DNA of 64,000 bases from IMG/VR virus record IMGVR_UViG_3300032335_001059, positions 1 to 64,000 of that record. One strand, written 5' to 3'. The position numbers and the translations under genes were made by a program. Origin of the DNA: a virus. Taxonomy: Duplodnaviria > Caudoviricetes. The notes beneath the pieces were generated by a model, which was given only the letters and a program-made list of their open reading frames with translations, did no database searches and had not been told where the DNA came from. How positions within the stretch are numbered: the stretch's first letter is position 1; every line of letters starts with the position of its first letter. Below are positions 55,145-64,000 of this stretch, piece after piece.

Positions 55145-55794
55145 TGGAAATATATAAAACTTTATTTAATACATGGAGTGAAAAATTTTCATCTATAACT
55201 TCATCAACTATGTTTAGTGAATTAGGAAGTACTTTAGCTAAACTTAGAAAAATTCAAAAAGTTTATCCTGAAAGACAAAATGTTTTTAGATGTTTTAAAG
55301 AAACTAATATAAACAAAACTGTTGTTATCGTATGGAGTGATGAACCATATGCTAGCAATGTTTCTGATGGATTAGCTTTTTCAGCAAATTCTTCTGTAAC
55401 TCCTTATATTTTAAGTAAAATACATTCAGAAATAGAAAACCAAATGTATGATGGTTTAAAATTAAATTATGAAAACGATTTATCTTATTTATCTACACAA
55501 GGAGTTTTACTTTACAATTCTAATTTGACTGTATCTGAATTTCATCATGATGAACTTTGGAAAAAATTTAATTACGAATTTGTAAACTTACTTAATTCTT
55601 TAGAATGGCCTATTTATATAATATCAATGGGAAATTTAGCTAACGAATATACACAACTTATTAAAAACGATTACATTACTGTACAACAAATTAGTCATCC
55701 TTCTGCATCTTCTTGGAATGCTGATGATTGTTTTATAAAATGTAATGAGTTTTTAAAAAAACATTATGGACCTTTAATTGAAATAATATGGTAA
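55144..55794 (+). CDS. Divergent uracil-DNA glycosylase (family 1-like)
   Basis: VYPERQNVFRCF, DGLAFS, QGVLLYNSNLTV, HPSA; GQDPY replaced by SDEPY. Confidence 0.75.
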   Translation: MEIYKTLFNTWSEKFSSITSSTMFSELGSTLAKLRKIQKVYPERQNVFRCFKETNINKTVVIVWSDEPYASNVSDGLAFSANSSVTPYILSKIHSEIENQMYDGLKLNYENDLSYLSTQGVLLYNSNLTVSEFHHDELWKKFNYEFVNLLNSLEWPIYIISMGNLANEYTQLIKNDYITVQQISHPSASSWNADDCFIKCNEFLKKHYGPLIEIIW

Positions 55795-55991
55795 TAGATA
55801 TAATATTAGCAATATTTTTATGCTTGTTGTTTGTTAAACTTGCTATAAATACTTATGAAATAATAACTAATAATAATGATGTTAATGATTACGCATCTTT
55901 AATAATAGGAATATTATTCTTTATGTTATTTGTAATAAGTATTTTTGCAATAATTTATTATGTAATATATACAATATGGATAGCAACTTGA
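55788..55991 (+). CDS. Small two-TM membrane protein
   Basis: 67 aa hydrophobic. Confidence 0.55.
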   Translation: MVIDIILAIFLCLLFVKLAINTYEIITNNNDVNDYASLIIGILFFMLFVISIFAIIYYVIYTIWIAT

Positions 55992-56167
55992 TAAAAATAA
56001 AATTTTTTACAGATACATCAGAATATACTCATACATTAGAAAAAAATGATATAGACGAAGTATTAGATTCTGTAGTAACTGGAATGAAAGTAGTAGGTTA
56101 TACTAATAACGAAATAAAAGAAGCTTTTAAACAAAAGTTTCTTCATGTTTTATTAAATAGTAATTAA
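55976..56167 (+). CDS. Small hypothetical protein
   Basis: 63 aa; last gene of the plus-strand block. Confidence 0.55.
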   Translation: MDSNLIKIKFFTDTSEYTHTLEKNDIDEVLDSVVTGMKVVGYTNNEIKEAFKQKFLHVLLNSN

Positions 56168-56200
56168 AAAAAAGAGAGTAAAAGCTACTCTCTTTTTTTT
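56166..56200. terminator. Bidirectional terminator between converging blocks
   Basis: aaaaaaaagagagta-aaagc-tactctctttttttt. Confidence 0.85.
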
Positions 56201-56207
56201 CTAACTA

Positions 56208-59200
56208 TTAATTTTCATTTTCAATTTGAATTTGTAAAGCTTCGTTTACAAATCTTTCTCCTTGAGAATATAAAGGAATAGTTCTTGTTACAGATTTTCC
56301 TAATTTTTTACGAGCTTTTTCAGAAACTTCTTCGTCACCAAAAATTACATCATTAAAATTACTAAACATTCTTCCTACACTTTGAACAGTAGATACTGCT
56401 GGTGCAGGTGATATTAAAATTTGACCTTTACCTTCTATTTCAAATGGAGTAAAAAATGCCATTTCAGCTACATATCTATCAGTTACTCTAATAACATATG
56501 CTAATTTTTTACGTCTTTCTTCATCATCATCATCTCCTTTTAAAGCAGCTAATAATAATGTAGCAGCAGCTAATATAGTAAATTCAGCAATAGATTCTTT
56601 AACATTTGCTTTTTCCATATCATCTAACTTACTCCAATTTAATGATTTAGTAAAAATAAATTTAGTTAATGATACAAATCTACCTTCAATATATTCTTGT
56701 AATTGATAATCATATTGACGTTTACCAAAATGAGATTGAATCATTGCTGGCATCCATCCTCTATGTTGCATTACTGCTCTACCAAGAAACCATTTTTTTA
56801 ATAAAACCTTATCATCAGGATTCATATTACCTAAAGCTCTACCATTAACATGAAGAACTTTTTGTCTAAATGCTTCTTTAACACCTTCAGTTATTTCTTC
56901 TTTACCTACATATTGTAATTCTCCTTTAACTAATTTCCAATCATCCCATTTAATAGAATGTTTGTTAGATTTAATCATTGCAATTAAACCTGCTTTATGT
57001 AAATGTGCTTCAGTCCATTGCATAAGTGAGTATGGTCCAGGAACTTTATGTAATATTTTGTTTTCAGAACGTATTTTATTAAATTCATCTTTAACAAATT
57101 CATTTATTTCTACATTTAACATTTCAACAAATTTGTTAGCTTTAATAATATCTTCACTTAATTCACTAAATGGTCCAGCACTTACTACAAGTGAAGCAAA
57201 TCCATAATTTTTACTACTATACCATTTTCCTCCAACTCCCATTAATAATTGCATTGATTTACCACCAAGTATGTTAGTTACAGGAGAGTATAAGTTATAA
57301 CCTATATTATTTAAACCAGTATATTTAAGCAAAACGTCTTTTGATTTACTCCAAGATATTATTTTTTCTGTTCCTTTAGGTATTAAACCTAATGCTTCAG
57401 TAATACCATTACCTGTAACTTTAAATCCACTTTCTTTTTCTACAGTTTTACCATATACAGTAGTATCAATAAAATTTTCAAATCTTCTAATTTCATTTTC
57501 TAAATTTTTAGATAATTTAATATTACCGTAACCTTCTTTAACTTCTTCTCCAACAACATTAGTTATTGTTTTTTCTTGTTCTTGTAATACATTTTTAGCT
57601 ATTTCTAATGTAGTTTCAATAGATTTAAGTTCTTGATATCTTACTGCTGATTCATAAAATACAGCTAAGCTATAACCTAAATCATAAGATTTATCTTTTT
57701 GAACAAAATCTTCTCTTGTGCTATTAGGGTCAAACTTTCTTTTACCTAATACAGGAATGCTTTTAACAAGTTCTTTAGTAAAAGGGTCAACTTTATTAAC
57801 TTCAGCTTCATCAAAGTTAATAGTTATGCTATCAATTAAAGATTCTCCTAATTTTAAACTACCTATTCCGTTATTAATAATTTTATTCAATAAATCTTTT
57901 TTAAATTCAGGTATAAAATTTTCAGATATATCAAAAGGTAAACCTCCATCTTCAATTTCTCCCATAACATAAGTATACAAATCATAAAATTCTTCTACAA
58001 CTGTACCTTTATATTTACCTTCTTTAATGTCTACCCATTTAGAATCTCTCCATTTAAGTTTAGGTTTATAAAATTTAGTTATTGTTTTATTATCTTTAAC
58101 CCATTCTTGTAAATACTTAACGTTATCTTCTTTAACAAATTTTTCAGCTAATTCTTGTTGTTTTTCACTACTTAAATCTGCATATTTTTCAGATGCTTTA
58201 ATATAAGCTAATTTACGAGCAACTTCTGATGTAGAATTTTCTAGCATTTCTTTTTGTCTAGATTCAGCTATTTTATATTTTTCATTATCGAAAGTAGCAT
58301 TTTCAGAAAACCAAGAAATATCTCCTTTTGAAATAGCTTCTTTAGCTTCAATATAAAATTCACCTTTAAATTCACGAATTAAATATCCTGTTTTTTTACC
58401 TTTAACTGTTTGCAAAAACATACTATACATATCTTCACCAGTTTTACCAGTAAAAGTTTGCAAATCACTAACTAATTTTTGCAATTTAGTTCCTAAAGTT
58501 CTAGCTTTATTTCTACCTATTGCTAATCTTTCTTGTACTTGTTTGTACATAGAAGCTATAATAGGAACTTCAGAATAAGATGCACCTAAAGCAAAACCTT
58601 GAAAAGCATTAGTATCTTTAATAGGTTTTAATACATCATCTTCAGTTTCAATAGGACTTCCTTTAAAACTTAAATTTTGAAAAACATTCTGAACAAGTTT
58701 ATTTTGAACTTTATCATTTAATTCTTGATATAGTAATGAAGCTCTACCAACTATTTCTTTAATCATAGCTTCATCTTTTTTATTATCAGTTTTAATATAT
58801 TTATTTAATTCTGAATATGTTATTAAATCGTTTTTAAAATCACGATAATTTGCGTCAACATCATCACTTAAAGATAAAGCACTTTCAATAGCAGCTAAAT
58901 CAGAAAAAGCGTTTCTTAAAATTTCTTCATTTGATATATCTTGTTGAAGCTTACTCATTAAAGAAGTTTTAGCAGCTATCAATCTGTCTATTTTATCAGA
59001 ATTATTTTTGTTTCTAATACTTACTAACTTTTCTACTTGTTTAAATAAAGAACTTAACATAGTGTTAATTTTTTTATTTTTAGAAGTTTGAGCTAGTACA
59101 GGAAGTCTTTCAGAAACAGTATAAGATATACCGTTTTTAGTAGAAGCTTTGACATAAAGTAATTCTTGAAAATCTACTTTCTTTTTTTTATCTTGCAAAG

Positions 59201-62200
59201 TTTCTTCTACCATTTCTTTATAATGCTCTTGTTGTTCAGAATTACCTCTAAACTTTTTATACTTAGTAGTTGGATTTCTACTACGTATTGAAGTTTTGTA
59301 ATCTAACATTTTTAACTCTTTATCTTTAGTTATTTCCAATAAATCTATAGTACCTGCTTTCTTTTTCTTTATAGATGCAATAGGTAATTCAGTAACTAAA
59401 ACGCTACCTTCTTCTTTAGCTTTATTAATAATAGGGTCAATAATAGCATGAATGTTTATTACTGTACCTTCGCTAACTCCTTCTAAAGGTATTCCGTTAA
59501 AATGTCTATTGTATTCAGGAAAAGCAGAAGCTATTCTGTTAGCAGCAACAGCATGAAATATATCACCTAATGCTTGAGCAGTAGTGTTAGTTAAATTATT
59601 AAGATTTCTATTTTTTTGAATTAAAGTACTAATTCTAGAAAAACCTGATTCACCATTAACTATATATGTTTTACCATCTGCTGATAAAGTAATATTATTT
59701 TTTAATAAATCATTATATATTTCAGCTTGAGTATCTAATTCTTGTTGAAATGAAATTTTATTAAATGTACCTTTTTGAAAATTAATCATGCTATCTTCAA
59801 CAACACTACTAGCCGCAGCAAATACTTCATCAAATAAAGTAACATCTTTTATTTTAAAAATATTTTTAAATATTTGAAGAATTTCTTCCCATAAATTTTT
59901 AAAAGAACTTCTAGTTGCAGGTAAATTTTTTAAGTCATTGATAAAAGTAGAATCAGTAAAAATATGAGTTAAAACTTCATCTATATCAAAAATAGAATAT
60001 TGTTTAGTAATATTATTTTTGTTATTTTTTAAATGTAACCATAACCTGTTTAAATTTTTTACATTTTCATTATCAGGATTAGCTTTAATAAAATTAGAAG
60101 TATAAGCATGTAATATTTCATGTAACATTAAAGGTATAGGGTGAGCTTTTGTACCTGATGCTACATATATTTTATCATCTCTAGTATCATAAAAAGCAGC
60201 TCCTTTAAAATCATCACCTAAATCCTCTTTCATATTACGATTAGGTATATTATTTTTAGTAAAATAAGGTACGCTAATTACTTCAATAGGTACATTTAAA
60301 TCTAATTTTAATAATTTTTTAGCAACATTGCTCATAGTACTTTCACTATTAGCAATTTTATTTAATACAGTAGTAGAATCGTTAATAGGACTTCCTAAAA
60401 AATCTAATATTCTGCTATTAGAATCTATACCTTCTTCTTTATTAAATAATATTTTATTACTTAATTCAGGTGTAATTTCTATTTCATTCCAAGTATTACC
60501 ATATTCATCTGTAATTTTATTTACTTTATAGTTTTTATTAAGAATATTAGTTACAGTATTTTCATAGAAATTATAAATAGGTTTTAAAGCACCAAATCCT
60601 TCTGTTCCTACTCTTTCAAGTTCTTGTTTAAGTTGGGCTATTTCATTGTCTATGCGTTTTTCTTGCTGTTCTACAGTAATAATAAACTTTTCTTTTTGCT
60701 TAGAATTCAAATCAACATAATCAAATTTTACACCTGATGGATTAGTTGTAGATTCTCCTGTTTTATTTAACGAAGTTTCTTTATCACTATAAACTGCATA
60801 ACCATTTTTTTTATAACCATTTTCTACAGTTAGATAGAAAACTTTTGTACCGTCAATTATTTCAGAAGTAAAAACATTTTGTTTTTCTTTTAAAAAAGAT
60901 TTTTCTTTTTCAAGCTCTTTAATTCTATCTTCTTTCTGTTTCTTAAACTCTTCTAAAGTAGTATGTTTTTCAACTTTACTTGCTGTATTACCAGTAGGAA
61001 ATAATACTTTTTCATACCCTTTTTTAGCACTATCTTGTATAATAGATTTAACAAAGAATGTTACCCAATTATTATCTTTATTTAGGAGTTGTAAGAATTG
61101 GTTTTGACTATTTCCATTTTGAGTGTGCAAATCATTAACTCTGTTATCATACTCTTCTTGTGATATATACTTTTTTCTTAGGGCTTCTTTTAATTCAAAA
61201 ATTAATCCATTATAATTTTCTTTTTGAGAACTTAAATTTCCTTTATTTCTACCTTTCTGAAATAAATCAGATTGTACTTCTAGTATTCTACGGATTTTAA
61301 ATTTACTTTCTGTTACAGCTCTATCAATAATTTTAAGATATTCATATTCACTAATTTCCCCTTTTTCTTTTTTAATTTCAGCCTGTTTAAGATATTCTGG
61401 TATAATATCATCTGATACTTCATCACTTCTAAACCAACCGATACCTTTATCAGTAGCAAATTGAGCATGACCTTTAATACTAGGTGTAATACCTGGTGTA
61501 GCTATTTCTTGTTCTGTATAATTAACTCCTCCTGGAACTGTTAAATTAGAGTGATAAGTAGTAGGTCTTTCGTTAGCTTTTAATCTTTTAGAAACTTCAT
61601 TATAATATTCATCTGAACCAGGTTCTAACAAACCTTCATTATCTATTTGTCTATAAATTTTATCTAATACTTCTTCTTCAGTTTCTGTAAAAGTATTTCC
61701 TGAATCATTAGAAGTTGTAAAACCTTTACTTTTAGCAAGATTAATTTCAATAGTAAAACTATAATTGGCTAATAAATTAGTAATTATTTCTTCTCTATTA
61801 GTTTTACCACTATCTAATATCAACTGTTTTTGCTCTTTAGGTATAGCAAGTTCAGTAAGAATTTTATTTAAATCCCAATTAGCTTTTTTACCTTTTTCAA
61901 AAATTTGTTTAGCTTTATCAGAATTTAATATATCTATTGATTTTAATCCATAATTTACAGAAGGTTCTTGTTGAAACAAAGACATTTGGTTAGAATCACC
62001 GTCCTTTTTTGTCCATAACTTTTTAGCTAAACTTATAGACCATATATTTTTATTTACACCACCTATATTAATTGGTTCAGCAGCATAATCATAACCTTTT
62101 TCATTTAAACTATTAGCAAATTTAGTAGCTGTTTCTTTAGTAAAAAGTTTGCGTTCACCTTGATTAGTTAATAATTTAAAACTTTTATAAAGTTCTAAAT

Positions 62201-62384
62201 TTTGTTTCCAAGGTAAAGTTACCATTCCCATATCAAATATAGTAGGAATTGCAGAAGTACCTTTGTTATTAGCATTTTGCCAATCTTCTATTTTAACAGC
62301 AGTTGTTGCTGAAGAATATCCTAATTTTTTACTTAACTCTTTTACTTTAGGTAAGTTTGGTCTTATACATCTATACTGTCCCAT
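56208..62384 (-). CDS. Giant multidomain protein (2058 aa), probable virion-packaged cargo: zincin-like and PD-(D/E)XK nuclease-like domains
   Basis: LHEILHAY (60108-22); GDIFHA...IDLLEI...MLDYKTS...QQEHY (about 59220-59570); next to the RNAP-like ORF. Confidence 0.7.
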   Translation of the reverse strand: MGQYRCIRPNLPKVKELSKKLGYSSATTAVKIEDWQNANNKGTSAIPTIFDMGMVTLPWKQNLELYKSFKLLTNQGERKLFTKETATKFANSLNEKGYDYAAEPINIGGVNKNIWSISLAKKLWTKKDGDSNQMSLFQQEPSVNYGLKSIDILNSDKAKQIFEKGKKANWDLNKILTELAIPKEQKQLILDSGKTNREEIITNLLANYSFTIEINLAKSKGFTTSNDSGNTFTETEEEVLDKIYRQIDNEGLLEPGSDEYYNEVSKRLKANERPTTYHSNLTVPGGVNYTEQEIATPGITPSIKGHAQFATDKGIGWFRSDEVSDDIIPEYLKQAEIKKEKGEISEYEYLKIIDRAVTESKFKIRRILEVQSDLFQKGRNKGNLSSQKENYNGLIFELKEALRKKYISQEEYDNRVNDLHTQNGNSQNQFLQLLNKDNNWVTFFVKSIIQDSAKKGYEKVLFPTGNTASKVEKHTTLEEFKKQKEDRIKELEKEKSFLKEKQNVFTSEIIDGTKVFYLTVENGYKKNGYAVYSDKETSLNKTGESTTNPSGVKFDYVDLNSKQKEKFIITVEQQEKRIDNEIAQLKQELERVGTEGFGALKPIYNFYENTVTNILNKNYKVNKITDEYGNTWNEIEITPELSNKILFNKEEGIDSNSRILDFLGSPINDSTTVLNKIANSESTMSNVAKKLLKLDLNVPIEVISVPYFTKNNIPNRNMKEDLGDDFKGAAFYDTRDDKIYVASGTKAHPIPLMLHEILHAYTSNFIKANPDNENVKNLNRLWLHLKNNKNNITKQYSIFDIDEVLTHIFTDSTFINDLKNLPATRSSFKNLWEEILQIFKNIFKIKDVTLFDEVFAAASSVVEDSMINFQKGTFNKISFQQELDTQAEIYNDLLKNNITLSADGKTYIVNGESGFSRISTLIQKNRNLNNLTNTTAQALGDIFHAVAANRIASAFPEYNRHFNGIPLEGVSEGTVINIHAIIDPIINKAKEEGSVLVTELPIASIKKKKAGTIDLLEITKDKELKMLDYKTSIRSRNPTTKYKKFRGNSEQQEHYKEMVEETLQDKKKKVDFQELLYVKASTKNGISYTVSERLPVLAQTSKNKKINTMLSSLFKQVEKLVSIRNKNNSDKIDRLIAAKTSLMSKLQQDISNEEILRNAFSDLAAIESALSLSDDVDANYRDFKNDLITYSELNKYIKTDNKKDEAMIKEIVGRASLLYQELNDKVQNKLVQNVFQNLSFKGSPIETEDDVLKPIKDTNAFQGFALGASYSEVPIIASMYKQVQERLAIGRNKARTLGTKLQKLVSDLQTFTGKTGEDMYSMFLQTVKGKKTGYLIREFKGEFYIEAKEAISKGDISWFSENATFDNEKYKIAESRQKEMLENSTSEVARKLAYIKASEKYADLSSEKQQELAEKFVKEDNVKYLQEWVKDNKTITKFYKPKLKWRDSKWVDIKEGKYKGTVVEEFYDLYTYVMGEIEDGGLPFDISENFIPEFKKDLLNKIINNGIGSLKLGESLIDSITINFDEAEVNKVDPFTKELVKSIPVLGKRKFDPNSTREDFVQKDKSYDLGYSLAVFYESAVRYQELKSIETTLEIAKNVLQEQEKTITNVVGEEVKEGYGNIKLSKNLENEIRRFENFIDTTVYGKTVEKESGFKVTGNGITEALGLIPKGTEKIISWSKSKDVLLKYTGLNNIGYNLYSPVTNILGGKSMQLLMGVGGKWYSSKNYGFASLVVSAGPFSELSEDIIKANKFVEMLNVEINEFVKDEFNKIRSENKILHKVPGPYSLMQWTEAHLHKAGLIAMIKSNKHSIKWDDWKLVKGELQYVGKEEITEGVKEAFRQKVLHVNGRALGNMNPDDKVLLKKWFLGRAVMQHRGWMPAMIQSHFGKRQYDYQLQEYIEGRFVSLTKFIFTKSLNWSKLDDMEKANVKESIAEFTILAAATLLLAALKGDDDDEERRKKLAYVIRVTDRYVAEMAFFTPFEIEGKGQILISPAPAVSTVQSVGRMFSNFNDVIFGDEEVSEKARKKLGKSVTRTIPLYSQGERFVNEALQIQIENEN

Positions 62385-62388
62385 AATT

Positions 62389-64000
62389 TTATTTTTTTAA
62401 ACCGTAACAATCAATAGTTATTTCTTTTTGTTTTTCAGTCATACTGTTAAATTCTTCTGAAGATATTCCAGCTCTTTCTATACCAAATTTATCATCTTCT
62501 GATAAAGAATCCCAAGTTAATTGAAAAGCAGGCAAAGTTGCAATCTCTGTTTCGACAATCACTGCATCTTCCCAAACTACATCTTCAAAAGGTGCTTGAG
62601 TATCAACTTCTTCTTCATTATTAAATTTAGCTTTAACATCAACATCATCACCTACAATACCATTATATAAATTAGAAGCTCCAGTAATAGGTATTCTGTA
62701 ATAAGATAACGACTCTTCGTTTATACTATTTAATTTATATAAACCTAATTCGTTTAATTTAAAATCAAATTTAGTAATGTAAGATTCAGGATTATTATTG
62801 TATTCAATTTCAAGATAATCAGGTAATCCTATTTTACCTTCAAGTATTTTACTATAAGATATCTTATTGGCAAGACCTTTTAATGTAGGTAAATTTTGAA
62901 TTACTTTTTCTATCATATCTGGATATTCTACTAAAGAGTTTTTAGTCAAATCTCCAACAACTTCCACAAAATCCTCAACAGGTATGTATTTGTAAAAAGA
63001 TACTGGAGACTCTATTACTCCCGTTTGAAACAAAGATAATTTAATTAAATCTGTATACAAAGCTGGATATTTAAATTTAAAATCTCTAAAGCTTTCGTTA
63101 ATAACTTTATCTAAATTATTATCAATTCTAATAGTATTATCAAATCTAACAATATCAGGTTTACCTTGAGTTTGAGCAAAATCTACGATTAGCATATTAT
63201 CAAAAAGATAATTACCTTTCATTTCATCAGATTTGATTAATTTAGATATTTGTTTACTTACACTATTATCACCATATACGTTATTATCAAACCATTCTTT
63301 TTTGTTTTGTAAATTATTTTGAATAATAATGTTAGTTAACATTCCATAGATTTTATATAAAGATTCAGGCTTTAATTGAGAATTTTTATCAAGAATATTC
63401 ATTAATGATTTTAAAGCTATATCTGAATTAAATATTTTATGTACAGCAACTGAAGGTTTGTACAAAGCAATAGCAGTATCTAACACGTTTACTTTAAAAG
63501 GACGTATAATAGTTTTATCAACTAAAGTATAAATTCCATCAAAAATGTTATTATCTAACTTTTTATAATTATAATCATAAATCATACTTTCAGGTAAGTT
63601 TTTACCTGCACCTTGAGTATCAAACTTTAAAGAGCTAATTGCTTTACGTAAATCCATAGCGTATTCAGTGTAAAACAAATAATCATCAAGTATATTTAAT
63701 TGTGAAGAATTTACAGGTTTTTCAATAAAACTTAATAATTGCTCTTCATCGTAAATTCTACCTTCAGGATTTGCAGTAGGTATTTTTTTACCATTTAAAT
63801 CTACTTTAGCTTTTAAATATTCAGAATCAACACTTGCTCCTCCAAACATTTTTCTAACCTCAAGAATTATATCATTTTTAGTTTTATTTTCACCTAAATT
63901 AACTCTTCTATATTTAGAAACTAAACCTTTATTTTCAGAAGTTTTTTTAATAAATTCTAATATAATAGGTTGAGTCATAAAAAGATTAACCCATTTATCA
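62389..64000 (-). CDS. C-terminal part of a giant ORF, probably the crAss-like virion RNA polymerase (5'-truncated)
   Basis: Frame is open to the window edge (DKWVNLFMTQPII...), so the track ATG is internal; FMxQPII recalled from crAss-like RNAP C-terminal regions; catalytic motif not in window. Confidence 0.5.
   Translation of the reverse strand, partial: DKWVNLFMTQPIILEFIKKTSENKGLVSKYRRVNLGENKTKNDIILEVRKMFGGASVDSEYLKAKVDLNGKKIPTANPEGRIYDEEQLLSFIEKPVNSSQLNILDDYLFYTEYAMDLRKAISSLKFDTQGAGKNLPESMIYDYNYKKLDNNIFDGIYTLVDKTIIRPFKVNVLDTAIALYKPSVAVHKIFNSDIALKSLMNILDKNSQLKPESLYKIYGMLTNIIIQNNLQNKKEWFDNNVYGDNSVSKQISKLIKSDEMKGNYLFDNMLIVDFAQTQGKPDIVRFDNTIRIDNNLDKVINESFRDFKFKYPALYTDLIKLSLFQTGVIESPVSFYKYIPVEDFVEVVGDLTKNSLVEYPDMIEKVIQNLPTLKGLANKISYSKILEGKIGLPDYLEIEYNNNPESYITKFDFKLNELGLYKLNSINEESLSYYRIPITGASNLYNGIVGDDVDVKAKFNNEEEVDTQAPFEDVVWEDAVIVETEIATLPAFQLTWDSLSEDDKFGIERAGISSEEFNSMTEKQKEITIDCYGLKK

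Noticed and set aside
1300-61953. Short opposite-strand or nested ORFs (1300, 3886, 13826, 17298, 19947, 20356, 20699, 21241, 22403, 34796, 36550, 38667, 49209, 49342, 50624, 51033, 54762, 56962, 57718, 60328, 61765)
   Set aside because: They lie over longer motif-bearing genes and have shadow-like composition
1-64000. Stop-codon reassignment as in some crAss-like phages
   Set aside because: Long genes are intact under code 11, TAG (MCP, 5566 gene) and TGA serve as real stops, and no suppressor tRNA was seen
1-64000. Diversity-generating retroelement, integrase or transposase
   Set aside because: No reverse transcriptase, tyrosine/serine recombinase or DDE motifs were recognised in any ORF in this window

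Overview
Strongly AT-rich fragment of a crAss-like (Crassvirales-type) lytic phage genome, standard genetic code, most likely infecting Bacteroidota (TAnnTTTG promoter elements, A-rich translation starts). It has three blocks. (1) 1-21.9 kb, minus strand: virion module with tail fibres/appendages, ring protein, major capsid, scaffold, portal, TerL, HU/IHF-like, GroES-like and RepL-like genes. (2) 22.2-56.2 kb, plus strand: early, replication and nucleotide-metabolism genes (SplB-like radical SAM, PolB, SF2 helicase, DnaB, RecT/Bet-like, SSB-like, primase, RusA-like, ThyA, MazG-like, 5'-3' exonuclease, divergent UDG). (3) 56.2-64 kb, minus strand: a 2058-aa multidomain cargo protein and the C-terminal end of a giant RNAP-like ORF that runs off the window. 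Main discovery: a phage-encoded ubiquitin-like conjugation operon (Ubl with internal Gly75, E2-like, JAB, E1) inside the replication cluster. Its JAB and E1 genes are each split at a conserved motif by closely related group I introns and are intact only after splicing; one intron carries an antisense LAGLIDADG gene with its own promoter. A third group I intron splits the RecT/Bet-like gene. Other notable items: a ~650-nt densely structured candidate large ncRNA with a 12-bp pseudoknot-type pairing; two tRNA-shaped RNAs whose anticodon arms are replaced by long hairpins, one hit by an HNH insertion; an integron-cassette-like (attC-like) array with no integrase in the window; and repeated gene-junction motifs. 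All family assignments are by motif recognition by eye; no database searches or folding programs were run.
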